Virus record (IMG/VR): IMGVR_UViG_3300045988_061891
Source: a virus
Length of the DNA: 64,000 bases
Direction: 5' to 3' (one strand)
Below, piece by piece: positions 16,703-25,931 of the stretch; position 1 is the first letter of the stretch, and each line of letters opens with the position of its first letter. The position numbers and the translations under genes were made by a program. The notes under the pieces are model-generated. The model made no database searches and was not told the DNA's origin. It saw nothing but the letters and a program-made list of their open reading frames with translations.

Positions 16703-17215
16703 ATGTTTTCCAACTTAAGAACTAACAGTCAATTATACATACTTCACAAAGAATCTACCCCATATATTGAAGTGGGTCAGGTACTGAGTGTCTCTCAGCC
16801 TCAACCTAGATTCCCAGTAGCTAACTTTATGAATCCTCAGGAACTCGTAGTAGATGTTGTAGTGAGGATAAATGGCAATGATATTACATTGCAGAAACTC
16901 CCTGCAAACCTTGATATTGCAGACCAAGGAACTGCCAATGGTGCTTTGGTCATAACTACATCAAGAGAAGCTATGAACTCAGAGGTGGATTCCCTCAGAC
17001 AGAAGAGTCTTGGCATTCTTAATAGCGTTGATTACCATAAGAAAATAGTTCAAGATTGCGAAGTATTACTACAAAGACTAAACCCAGAGTTTGCTGAACA
17101 AAAGCAACAGAAGCAAGAGATAGATATGCTCAAGTCTCAGATGTCAGAGATGATGAGTGGTATGAAGGAACTGATGGCTCAATTTAAGTCTAAGGAAGAC
17201 ACAACTAAATCATAG
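16703..17215 (+). CDS. Hypothetical protein with C-terminal coiled coil
   Basis: 170 aa. The C-terminal helical region is EFAEQKQQKQEIDMLKSQMSEMMSGMKELMAQF. Confidence 0.5.
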   Translation: MFSNLRTNSQLYILHKESTPYIEVGQVLSVSQPQPRFPVANFMNPQELVVDVVVRINGNDITLQKLPANLDIADQGTANGALVITTSREAMNSEVDSLRQKSLGILNSVDYHKKIVQDCEVLLQRLNPEFAEQKQQKQEIDMLKSQMSEMMSGMKELMAQFKSKEDTTKS

Positions 17216-17218
17216 GAT

Positions 17219-17443
17219 ATGGGAAAGATTTTTCAAATAACTGAAGACTACGAAGAAAGAGGTAGAGGTATGAGAAGGGAAGATGAGGACTATATGCTTG
17301 AAAAGGCTTTCAAAGAAGGTTGCGAACATGGCTATAGAAAGGCTATGAGAGAAGCAGGCTTCGATGAAAGAGGCGGCTATAGAAAAAACTATAGGGAAGG
17401 CTTTGAGGAAAAGATTGAAAAACTCAAAGAAAAGTATAGATAA
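17219..17443 (+). CDS. Small highly charged protein with GYRK repeats
   Basis: 74 aa. It has an internal repeat, HGYRKAMREAGF / GGYRKNYREGF. It is tightly coupled to its neighbours. Confidence 0.45.
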   Translation: MGKIFQITEDYEERGRGMRREDEDYMLEKAFKEGCEHGYRKAMREAGFDERGGYRKNYREGFEEKIEKLKEKYR

Positions 17444-17445
17444 CT

Positions 17446-17847
17446 ATGGGTCTCAGGCAGCAGTTCAAGATAAGGAAGTATGACTGGGATGTGGTTATAT
17501 ACTACACTGTAGATGAGAAACAGAAGACTGAGATAGTTACTGAACTTAAAGAGCTTCAGCCTGACAAAGAAACCTTTGAGAAATTGGAAAGGAACTTGAT
17601 GAACTCAGAACTGGATACAGGTTTCATTTACTCAAGCTTCTACAAGAAGTTCTCACTTATAGTCATACACAAGGCTTCGAGTATAGGAGAATTTGTTAAC
17701 ACCTTTGAGCATGAAAAGAACCATCTTGAAATGCACATATGTGAGGCTCTTGACATCAATCCTTACTCTGAGGAAGCTGCAATACTTAGTGGTGAGACAG
17801 CTATGCAAATACTCAATGAGGCATTGTACAACATAGCTGAGCTATAA
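17446..17847 (+). CDS. Small HExxH protein (putative minimal zinc metallopeptidase)
   Basis: 133 aa. It carries FEHEKNHLEMHI, that is HExxHxxxH on one helix face. It is the last gene of its operon, directly followed by a perfect terminator. Confidence 0.45.
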   Translation: MGLRQQFKIRKYDWDVVIYYTVDEKQKTEIVTELKELQPDKETFEKLERNLMNSELDTGFIYSSFYKKFSLIVIHKASSIGEFVNTFEHEKNHLEMHICEALDINPYSEEAAILSGETAMQILNEALYNIAEL

Positions 17848-17851
17848 ACAT

Positions 17852-17885
17852 AAAGGGAGACATAATGTCTCCCTTTATTTTTACA
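17852..17885 (+). terminator. Rho-independent terminator
   Basis: A perfect 11-bp stem, AAAGGGAGACA-taa-TGTCTCCCTTT, is followed by ATTTTT. Confidence 0.85.
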
Positions 17886-17945
17886 TTTTTATTTACATTC
17901 TATTAATATTTCATTTAGTCTGTTGTGCAGTATTAAAACTTTTTC

Positions 17946-17953
17946 TACCTTTG
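17946..17953 (+). promoter_or_regulatory. Bacteroides-type -7 promoter box (TACCTTTG) for the scaffold/capsid operon
   Basis: tcTACCTTTGca lies 15 nt upstream of ATG 17969, just after a terminator. Confidence 0.65.
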
Positions 17954-17968
17954 CAGTGAAGTTTAATA

Positions 17969-19129
17969 ATGAGAAGTTATATGGAAGAACTATCACTAGA
18001 CAACATCCTCACAGGTTCTGAAATAGAGAACTTGTTTGTAGATGAGGAAACACAGGAACCTGTGCCTGAAGATACAGGTAAAGAAAAAGAAGATAAGCCC
18101 GAAGAGGGCAAAGAAAAGAAAGAAAAAGAAACTACTGAGGTTAATGTAAACTCTTTATTTACAGAACCAGAGAGCGTAGGTAGTGAAGATGTAGAGGAAA
18201 AGGAAGATACTAGCCCTGACAAAGACAGTACTTCTCCCAAATTTTACTCTTCCATTGCCAAAGCCTTTGCAGAGGAGGGTATCTTCCCAGACCTTGATGA
18301 AGACACTATTTCCAAAGTAGAAACCCCTGAAGACCTTAGAAAACTAGTAGATGAGCAGATTAAGGCTAGTCTTGATGAGAAGCAGAAGAGAGTTGATGAG
18401 GCCCTCAATGCAGGAGTGGAACCTGATACTATAAGACAGTATGAAGGTGCCCTCAACTATCTTGACAGTCTTACTGATGATACTATTACAGCTGAGACTG
18501 AGGAGGGAGAGAAGCTGAGGAAACAACTTATATATCAAGACTTCATCAACAGAGGTTACAGTAAAGAAAGAGCCTCAAGAGAAGTTCAGAAATCTCTTAA
18601 TGGAGGCACTGATGTAGACGATGCAAAAGAGGCTTTGAAAAGCAATAAGGAATACTTTAAGTCCAAGTATGATGAAGTAGTTGAAGATGCCAAGAAAGAA
18701 GAAGAAGCAGAAGTAGCAAAGAGGAAGGAGCTGGCTACTCAGCTCAAGAACTCAATCCTCACTGACAAGAAAGTCTTTGGTGAGATAGAGGTTGACAAGG
18801 CAACAAGGCAAAGAATCTATGACAACATTGCCAAGCCTGTCTATAAAGACCCTGATACTGGGGAAATGCTCACTGCTATTCAGAGGTATGAGATTGAACA
18901 TAGGACAGAGTTTCTCAAGAACCTTGGTCTTATATTCACACTCACAGATGGCTTCAAAACACTTGATGGCCTTGTAAAAGGTAAAGTAAGAAAAGAAGTA
19001 AAAAAAGGGTTCAGAGAACTGGAAAATACTCTAAATAACACTGCTAGAACCTCAGATGGTAATCTCAACTATGCAAGTGGAGTTGATTCAGAATCCTTTA
19101 TAGGTAAGGGCTGGACCATTGATGCTTAA
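17969..19129 (+). CDS. Scaffolding protein candidate
   Basis: 386 aa, very acidic and helical (EETQEPVPEDTGKEKEDKPEEGKEKKEKE...). It lies immediately upstream of the capsid gene and has its own TACCTTTG promoter box. Confidence 0.55.
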   Translation: MRSYMEELSLDNILTGSEIENLFVDEETQEPVPEDTGKEKEDKPEEGKEKKEKETTEVNVNSLFTEPESVGSEDVEEKEDTSPDKDSTSPKFYSSIAKAFAEEGIFPDLDEDTISKVETPEDLRKLVDEQIKASLDEKQKRVDEALNAGVEPDTIRQYEGALNYLDSLTDDTITAETEEGEKLRKQLIYQDFINRGYSKERASREVQKSLNGGTDVDDAKEALKSNKEYFKSKYDEVVEDAKKEEEAEVAKRKELATQLKNSILTDKKVFGEIEVDKATRQRIYDNIAKPVYKDPDTGEMLTAIQRYEIEHRTEFLKNLGLIFTLTDGFKTLDGLVKGKVRKEVKKGFRELENTLNNTARTSDGNLNYASGVDSESFIGKGWTIDA

Positions 19130-19158
19130 CAAAATATAACCAATAATCAATTCTATTT

Positions 19159-20673
19159 ATGGCTGGAAAACTGAATAAGTTCCAAATGATTAGCTTTTCT
19201 CACTGGAAAGGTCTGACTAAGGACAACCACCTTGGTCAAATCTTCCAGCTTGCTCCACAGAAGGCTACTAACCTAATGGTACAGCTGCTAGCTTGGTACA
19301 GAGGTAAAACTCTTGATACCTTCCTAAGTCAGTTCCCTACAAAAGAGTTTGAAGATGACTCAGAATATTACTGGGATGTGATTGGCTCTACTAGAAGGAA
19401 TATTCCTCTGCTTGAGGCAAGAGATGAGAATGGCAATGTAGTAACCGCAGCAACTACTGCCAATGTAGGTGTTGGCACAGCTGTGTTTGAACTTGTCTTC
19501 CCTGAAGACTGGTTTGCTGATGGCGAAGTTATTGTAGGTAATCTGAATGAGGTATATCCTATGAGGATTCTTGGTAATCCAAGAATGGAAGGTACTAATG
19601 CAGTTTACAAGGTAGAACTCATGGGTGGTATCACTCAGGGTATTCCTGCTGAAAGACTGCTTCCAGGAGAGAGATTCAGTTATGAATATGCTCCTGTTGA
19701 AAAGGCACTTTCGAGGAAAGTTGGTGATGTTAGATTCACTTCTCCTGTATCAATGAGAAATGAGTGGTCTACTATCAGAATTCAACACAAGGTACCTGGT
19801 AATATGCTTAATAAGAAGCTTGCCTGTGGTATCCCTGTAGCGAAGGAAACTCCTACAGGCTATACTAAATCTGTAGTTAACATGTGGATGCACTATGTTG
19901 ACTGGGAAGTTGAGCAGACATTCTCTGAATACAAGAACAACATCCTTGCTTTTGGTAGAAGCAACAGAAACAACAATGGTGAATACATGAACTTCGGTAA
20001 GTCAGGCGAAGTTATCAAGATGGGTGCTGGTCTGTTTGAACAGATGGAAGTAGCAAATACTCAGTACTACAATAGATTCAGTCTGAAACTTCTTGAAGAT
20101 GCTCTGTATGAACTATCTGCATCCAAGCTTGATTTTGGTGACAGATACTTTGTCATCAAGACAGGTGAAAGAGGTGCTATCCAGTTCCACAAGGCTGTAC
20201 TTCAGACTGTAAGTGGATGGACTCAATTCACACTGAATGGTGATGCACTTAACATTGTTGAAAAGACTCAGAGCAATCTGCACACTAATGCTCTTGCAGC
20301 TGGCTTCCAGTTTGTAGAGTATAGAGCACCGAATGGTGTAAGAGTAAAACTTGATGTTGACCCATATTATGATGACCCAATAAGAAACAAGGTACAGCAC
20401 CCTGATGGTGGTCCTGCCTTCTCTTATAGGTATGACATCATGTACATTGGTACTATGGACCAACCCAATATCTTCAAGTGTAAGATTAAGGGACAAGATG
20501 AGTTCAGAGGCTATCAATGGGGATTGAGGAATCCATTCACAGGTCAGCTTGGTAATCAATTCATGTCATATGATGAAGATTCAGCTACCTTCCATAGAAT
20601 GGCTACTCTTGGTGTCTGTGTTCTTGACCCAACTAGAACAATGTCACTTATCCCTGCTATTCTACAGGGCTAA
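19159..20673 (+). CDS. Major capsid protein
   Basis: 504 aa, the size of crAss-like HK97-fold capsid proteins. It follows the scaffold-like gene and is followed by a strong hairpin terminator, as expected for the most abundant transcript. Confidence 0.75.
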   Translation: MAGKLNKFQMISFSHWKGLTKDNHLGQIFQLAPQKATNLMVQLLAWYRGKTLDTFLSQFPTKEFEDDSEYYWDVIGSTRRNIPLLEARDENGNVVTAATTANVGVGTAVFELVFPEDWFADGEVIVGNLNEVYPMRILGNPRMEGTNAVYKVELMGGITQGIPAERLLPGERFSYEYAPVEKALSRKVGDVRFTSPVSMRNEWSTIRIQHKVPGNMLNKKLACGIPVAKETPTGYTKSVVNMWMHYVDWEVEQTFSEYKNNILAFGRSNRNNNGEYMNFGKSGEVIKMGAGLFEQMEVANTQYYNRFSLKLLEDALYELSASKLDFGDRYFVIKTGERGAIQFHKAVLQTVSGWTQFTLNGDALNIVEKTQSNLHTNALAAGFQFVEYRAPNGVRVKLDVDPYYDDPIRNKVQHPDGGPAFSYRYDIMYIGTMDQPNIFKCKIKGQDEFRGYQWGLRNPFTGQLGNQFMSYDEDSATFHRMATLGVCVLDPTRTMSLIPAILQG

Positions 20674-20683
20674 AAATCAAAAT

Positions 20684-20727
20684 AAGGGGGAGAGGGCAAT
20701 TCTCTCTTCCCCTTTCTTTAACTTTTT
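20684..20727 (+). terminator. Rho-independent terminator after the capsid gene
   Basis: The stem AAGGGGGAGAG / CTCTTCCCCTT has one G:U pair and a 9-nt loop. It is followed by TCTTTAACTTTTT. Confidence 0.7.
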
Positions 20728-20738
20728 AAGGAGAAGAT

Positions 20739-21731
20739 ATGGCAAAGAAAAATAGGGAAGAAATAAACGTAGCTCAGATTGATTTATCTGATGAACTACC
20801 TCTAAAGGAGGTGCCTACGGCTGCACCTGTAGTTGAGGAACAGCCTATGAGAAAGGCACCAAGACAGTTGATTAACTGTCTTAGAAATGAGAGAATAATT
20901 GTAAGGCATATACCCAAGCTTGGTGGTATGATTACTAATCCTAAGCATATCCTCTATGGAGGTATGGCTGAAAATGCTACCAAGATATTTACAGTACCTA
21001 GACTAAGCTCAGGTATGTATGTAAATGTACTGACAGATGATGAGAAGGCTTTCCTTGAGCACATCATGAGACTTGAGGTAAATGCTCTTTCTATCTACAG
21101 AAAAACAGATAACTTCTGGGATGATACAAATGATAAAGGTATTTCAAGGGTAAGACTTACCAAACAGGATAACTACCTCAATCTATCAGACCCTGAAGAT
21201 TATATAAGATATAAGATTCTTCTAGCCAACAAGAACTATATTGCCCCATCACTTGAAGCATTGCAGGATGCTCCTAAGGCAAGTTATCAGTTTGTAATCA
21301 TTTCTGAGGGAGATGAAACAAAGAGTGCCAAGGTTAATATGAGTACCACGATGAAGTGCTACAAGGAGTTTGGCAAGATAGAGGAGGATGCAGACACTTT
21401 AAGAGTAGTTATTGAAACTATTGACGGAAGACCTCTTGCATCTACATCTAAACTTGAGTTCTTACAGACTAGGGCTAATGACCTCATTCAGGCAGATAGT
21501 AAAATCTTCCTTAGAGTTATCAGTGACCCAATGCTTCCTACAAAGGTTCTTATCAAGAAGTCCATTGAAGCAGGTCTTATCTCTAATAGAGGAAACTATC
21601 TATATCTGAGAAGTGATAATACTCCACTATGTGAAGCTAATGAAGAACCTACACTCAACATAGCAGCTAAGTATCTTAACAACCCTAAACATCAGGAAGT
21701 AAAGTTCAGCTTGGAGGCTAAATTAAAATAA
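20739..21731 (+). CDS. Conserved virion-module protein, function unknown
   Basis: 330 aa. It lies between the capsid gene and the adaptor-like paralogues. Confidence 0.5.
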   Translation: MAKKNREEINVAQIDLSDELPLKEVPTAAPVVEEQPMRKAPRQLINCLRNERIIVRHIPKLGGMITNPKHILYGGMAENATKIFTVPRLSSGMYVNVLTDDEKAFLEHIMRLEVNALSIYRKTDNFWDDTNDKGISRVRLTKQDNYLNLSDPEDYIRYKILLANKNYIAPSLEALQDAPKASYQFVIISEGDETKSAKVNMSTTMKCYKEFGKIEEDADTLRVVIETIDGRPLASTSKLEFLQTRANDLIQADSKIFLRVISDPMLPTKVLIKKSIEAGLISNRGNYLYLRSDNTPLCEANEEPTLNIAAKYLNNPKHQEVKFSLEAKLK

Positions 21732-21765
21732 CCTGCTCTATACTTATAGAGTAAAAAAGAACATT

Positions 21766-22581
21766 ATGACTAATTTAGAGTTTAGTAATGAGTTTGATGT
21801 GCTCTATAATAATATCACAAGTAATCAGGCTCCAGGTCTTGATGAGTATGAAAAGTCTGTGTTTTTAACAAAGGCTCAAGATGAAATCATCAAAGCTTAC
21901 TTCAATCCAAGGACAAATAAAACGCAGGAGGGCTTTGATGGTAATGAGAAGAGACAGATTGACTTCTCTATGATTATGAGGAGTCATATCTATACTTACT
22001 CCAAAGGAGCACCAGACCCATTTACTACTTCTTTCTTTGACCTTAGGGACAACACTAAAGCAGTTGCTCTTAACCCTGACATTTTAATGTTTGTCAATGA
22101 ATATGTTGAAGTTACAAGAAATGATAAAACTGTCAGGCTTACAGTAGTTCCAATAAACTATATGGAATACTCAAGGCTTATGAGTAAGCCATTCAAGAGA
22201 CCCATCAAGAACCAAGCATGGAGACTACTTGATAATAGTGATGGAATCAAGAAAGCAGAGCTTATTGTAGGACCTATAGATACTATAACAAAGTATGTAA
22301 CAAGGTATGTAAAAAGACCTAGAGCTATCATCCTTGATGTTTTATCTGATGGCACATCTCTTGATGGTTATGTAGGAGCTGATAAGGAGGGTAATCCAAC
22401 AACTGATGTAAGTAAAGCTACACAAGGAATTACTTGTGAGCTTGACCCAATTCTCCACCCTGAAATTCTACAGAGGGCGGTTGAACTTGCAAAAGCAGCA
22501 TATACTGGTGACCTTGCTTCACAGCTTGCTCTTGGTCAGAATTCACAAACCAATATGGGTATTGTAACTCAAAGTAAATAA
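21766..22581 (+). CDS. Head-tail adaptor-like protein, paralogue A
   Basis: MTNLEFSNEFDVLYNN...DEYEKSVFLTKAQDEII and the C-terminal CELDPILHPEILQRAVELA align with the next ORF. Confidence 0.5.
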   Translation: MTNLEFSNEFDVLYNNITSNQAPGLDEYEKSVFLTKAQDEIIKAYFNPRTNKTQEGFDGNEKRQIDFSMIMRSHIYTYSKGAPDPFTTSFFDLRDNTKAVALNPDILMFVNEYVEVTRNDKTVRLTVVPINYMEYSRLMSKPFKRPIKNQAWRLLDNSDGIKKAELIVGPIDTITKYVTRYVKRPRAIILDVLSDGTSLDGYVGADKEGNPTTDVSKATQGITCELDPILHPEILQRAVELAKAAYTGDLASQLALGQNSQTNMGIVTQSK

Positions 22582-22583
22582 TT

Positions 22584-23270
22584 ATGACAAATGAAGAGTT
22601 CTCAAATGAATTTGATACTTTAGTTAATAGTAATTCTACTTTTAGTTCCACTCTCACTCCATTGGAGTTTGATGAATATGAGAAGTCTGTATTTCTTACA
22701 AAAGCACAAGAGAGTGTAGTAATAGCTCTCTATAAGGGAACTCTTACAGGAGATTCATTTGAAAAGACAGAAGAACTGAGAAGATATTTGGATAGTCTTG
22801 TGAAGACCTACTCTACTAGTGAACAAGTAGTAGGAAAGGTACTTACAAGTAATTCATATCTCTTTAACCTTCCTAAAGACACTTGGTTTATAACCTATGA
22901 GGCTGTTGAATCAAAAGATAAAAGGCTGGGCTGTACCAAAGGTTCTATTATGGAAGTAGTTCCTGTTACTCAGGATGAACTTCACAAAACCCTTAGGAAT
23001 CCATTTAGAATGCCCAACGAGAGGAGGGTACTAAGGCTCGATACAGAAGGAAATACTGTTGAACTTATCTCAGTCTACAGCATAGATAAGTATTGGATTA
23101 GATACCTTTCTAAGCCTGACCCTATCATCCTAATTGATTTACCCGAGGGTATTACTATTAATGAGGAGAGAGTAGCAACTAAATGTAAATTAAATCCTGC
23201 AATACATAGAGTGATACTAGAAATGGCAGTTAGCCTTGCCTTGAAGAGTAGAGCCAATGCAGGTAAGTAA
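22584..23270 (+). CDS. Head-tail adaptor-like protein, paralogue B
   Basis: MTNEEFSNEFDTLVNS...DEYEKSVFLTKAQESVV and CKLNPAIHRVILEMAVSLA align with the preceding ORF. It starts 2 nt after that ORF's stop. Confidence 0.5.
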   Translation: MTNEEFSNEFDTLVNSNSTFSSTLTPLEFDEYEKSVFLTKAQESVVIALYKGTLTGDSFEKTEELRRYLDSLVKTYSTSEQVVGKVLTSNSYLFNLPKDTWFITYEAVESKDKRLGCTKGSIMEVVPVTQDELHKTLRNPFRMPNERRVLRLDTEGNTVELISVYSIDKYWIRYLSKPDPIILIDLPEGITINEERVATKCKLNPAIHRVILEMAVSLALKSRANAGK

Positions 23271-23290
23271 AAACTTAATAAAATAAATTT

Positions 23291-24331
23291 ATGGTATTTT
23301 CAACTAACCAAGTAAGACAACTTTATGTAGTCACAGCAGTACAAGGTACTGCACAAAAGACAGATGGTAAAGTGAGTGAGTCAGATGCTGCTGGTACCAT
23401 TGCTCTCAAGGCTGATGCTGAAAGTAAGAACCTGTATTTCCAGTACAAGGGAGCTGACAACCTTATGAGGAGTGACCTTATCAATAAAGATAATATCCTC
23501 TACGTAAAGGCTGTAAGTGCAGAAGCTGATGCTCAGAAACATGCACTTAAGAAAGCTGTGGTTAAACTTGATTCGAATGTAAATGGAGGTGAGCCTATTG
23601 GAGGACAGGATTACATTCTTAGAATCTGTATCAACCCTTATGTAGGAATGTCAGATGAAGAACCATACTTCAAGTATGGTGCTGTTCATGCTATGAAGGG
23701 TATGAAGCCTTCTGAGTTTTATACTAAACTTGCAGCTTCTCTCTATAAGAACTTCAGCAGAGAGCTAGGCAAAATGCTTGAGTTTACTATTGCTGACAAG
23801 GTTGTAGGAAGAGTCAAAACTACTGCTGATGGCACTGAATCTCTCATAGATACTACTGGTGCAGCTATCACTGTTCCTGAAGAGTATGTCGATGGTATAA
23901 CTATCACTGAAGTAGAGCAGGAATGGACTCTTGGTATCAAGGAACAGACTAATGTTAACTTCACAGTTACTCCTACTACTGTCATCTCTGATGGAGATGA
24001 AGTTAAGTGGGGCACTGTCACTTATGATAAGAGTGATACTGTAAGGAATAATGGTAGAAAGATAGCAGACCTTGAGTATTTCTGCATGGGTGAAAGAGGT
24101 GACCAGTACAGAAATGTTGGATGGCCTAACAGCATTCCAACCAAATATCTTGTTGACCCTAGCACTGCATACAATGTTCTTGAAATCCATTATGCTTATG
24201 TAGGTGCTAATGAAGGACCACAAAGGTCAGAGAAGGACATCACTATTGTATGTGATAACAAGACAAATCTAAACAAGCTCATTGGTCAGTTTGCAGCTGC
24301 CTCTGGGGTAGATATTGCAGAACTAGCCTAA
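23291..24331 (+). CDS. Abundant structural protein (auxiliary capsid protein candidate)
   Basis: 346 aa, the fourth gene after the capsid gene. It is followed by a perfect 8-bp GC-rich hairpin plus a T-run, which suggests high expression. The function is inferred from position. Confidence 0.4.
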   Translation: MVFSTNQVRQLYVVTAVQGTAQKTDGKVSESDAAGTIALKADAESKNLYFQYKGADNLMRSDLINKDNILYVKAVSAEADAQKHALKKAVVKLDSNVNGGEPIGGQDYILRICINPYVGMSDEEPYFKYGAVHAMKGMKPSEFYTKLAASLYKNFSRELGKMLEFTIADKVVGRVKTTADGTESLIDTTGAAITVPEEYVDGITITEVEQEWTLGIKEQTNVNFTVTPTTVISDGDEVKWGTVTYDKSDTVRNNGRKIADLEYFCMGERGDQYRNVGWPNSIPTKYLVDPSTAYNVLEIHYAYVGANEGPQRSEKDITIVCDNKTNLNKLIGQFAAASGVDIAELA

Positions 24332-24335
24332 TCAT

Positions 24336-24365
24336 AAGGGAGGTCACAAGCCTCCCTTTTTTATT
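24336..24365 (+). terminator. Rho-independent terminator
   Basis: AAGGGAGG-tcacaag-CCTCCCTT is followed by TTTTATTAT. Confidence 0.8.
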
Positions 24366-24373
24366 ATACTCCC

Positions 24374-24898
24374 ATGATAAAGTACAATACACTAAAGATA
24401 GAAGGCAGCAATCTTATAATAGACATTGAGGTTGAGGACAAGTCATACTATAGCAATATCAGTATAGAAGGTGTGAGGGTTGATACTCCTCTTACCTATG
24501 GAACTGATACTCCATATTATCCTAATTTTACCCAAAATGAAGATAATGTAACAAGATACAAGGCTGAAATCCCTATTTCTGATGTCAAGAAGGAGCTTCT
24601 TATTATTACTCCACAGGTGCATGTTGAACTTCCCCCTGATACTCCTTGTGGAGCTGATGTAATTGATATGGCTGCTGTCTATGACAGAAATGTTCTGCTT
24701 GATAAAGGACTTGGATACCTTAAGGAACTGGGGGATACCTGTGAAATACCAAAAGGCTTTGTAGATTTCATACTTAAGAGATATGCTCTTGACATGGTTA
24801 TAGATACCTGTAACTATAGTATGGCTATCAAGTATTGGAAGATGCTTACAAGGATAAAGGGGACTACTATAAAAGGATGTGGATGCAATGGAAAATAA
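24374..24898 (+). CDS. Virion-module protein ending in GCGCNGK
   Basis: 174 aa. The C-terminal CGC motif is identical in DNA (GGATGTGGATGCAA) to the one at 16176. Confidence 0.5.
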   Translation: MIKYNTLKIEGSNLIIDIEVEDKSYYSNISIEGVRVDTPLTYGTDTPYYPNFTQNEDNVTRYKAEIPISDVKKELLIITPQVHVELPPDTPCGADVIDMAAVYDRNVLLDKGLGYLKELGDTCEIPKGFVDFILKRYALDMVIDTCNYSMAIKYWKMLTRIKGTTIKGCGCNGK

Positions 24899-25124
24899 TA
24901 GACTTTATGACACTCTTAACAGGTACTTTAAGAGACTGTCTCAAGTAGGTTATATTCCTGACAATGACACATTCTCTGTTCTAGTACTGGCTTATATTAC
25001 AGAGCTGAAGGAAAAGACCTCTCTTACATCTGAACAGAACTTTATTATAGAGAAGGCTCTCTCATGTTTACAAGGAAGCTGTCTTATCCCTTATAACTCT
25101 TGTAAAGGAACTTGTTTACAGTAA
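24879..25124 (+). CDS. Small protein with Cys-rich C-terminus
   Basis: 81 aa (or 78 aa from the ATG at 24888). It ends SCLQGSCLIPYNSCKGTCLQ. Confidence 0.45.
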   Translation: MDAMENNRLYDTLNRYFKRLSQVGYIPDNDTFSVLVLAYITELKEKTSLTSEQNFIIEKALSCLQGSCLIPYNSCKGTCLQ

Positions 25125-25168
25125 AAAATAAAAATTATTATGCTGTTGTGAAAGTCAAGAATTATTCT

Positions 25169-25176
25169 TACCTTTG
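25169..25176 (+). promoter_or_regulatory. Bacteroides-type -7 promoter box (TACCTTTG) for the neck/tail operon
   Basis: ttTACCTTTGca lies 26 nt upstream of ATG 25203. It is embedded in an inverted repeat, TGCTGTTG...CAACAGCA (25141-25184). Confidence 0.6.
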
Positions 25177-25202
25177 CAACAGCATTTTAATTTTATAAGG
25201 AT

Positions 25203-25931
25203 ATGACATATAGAGAGATTACATATATGTGCCTTGATTCTCTTAAGGTAGCATCAGATGATTCATACATGACTTTGGAACATGTTCTCTTTCTTATATC
25301 AAAGATAAGAGCTTTAGTACTTAAGCAAAGATATTCTGATGTAAGAAAGGAGATACCTCAAAGTAACTATCAGACATTATGCTTAGACCTTATACAGGTA
25401 CCAGCTATTGCAGGGGAACCTTGTGAAGGAGGAACTTATCTAAGAAGTGAACAGAAAATTCCTTCAACTATGTCTATAGGAACCAATACTGTTTATCCTG
25501 TAGACTTCTACCAAGGAACTCATATTACTTATGTTAGTAGAGAAAGGATGAGATATGTAGGTGAGAACAGATGGCTTAAGAACATTATCTATGCGTCAAA
25601 AGGGCCTGATGACTACCTATACTTCAAGTCAAGTAATCCTCAGTTCCTTTATCTTGAAAAGGTAAGAATGACAGGCATCTTTGAAGACCCTGAAAAAGCA
25701 GCAGAGTTGGAGTGTGATTCCGATACTAAACCATGTGATGTACTGGACAGGGATTTCCCTCTTGAAGAAGGACTTGCATCTACAGTAATTGAACTCACAG
25801 TCAAGTATCTCTCAGGTGCAGTTTATAGACCTAAAGACCAAGATAACAATGCTAATGATGACCTATCTGACCTTGTTGCCTTTATGAGGAAAAACATGAA
25901 GTCAAACTTTCAAAAGCAGATTGAAGACTAA
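25203..25931 (+). CDS. Conserved tail/neck-module protein (position of the first crAss 'IHF-like' pair member)
   Basis: 242 aa. It has its own TACCTTTG promoter box. Its stop overlaps the start of the next gene. The function rests on synteny only. Confidence 0.35.
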   Translation: MTYREITYMCLDSLKVASDDSYMTLEHVLFLISKIRALVLKQRYSDVRKEIPQSNYQTLCLDLIQVPAIAGEPCEGGTYLRSEQKIPSTMSIGTNTVYPVDFYQGTHITYVSRERMRYVGENRWLKNIIYASKGPDDYLYFKSSNPQFLYLEKVRMTGIFEDPEKAAELECDSDTKPCDVLDRDFPLEEGLASTVIELTVKYLSGAVYRPKDQDNNANDDLSDLVAFMRKNMKSNFQKQIED

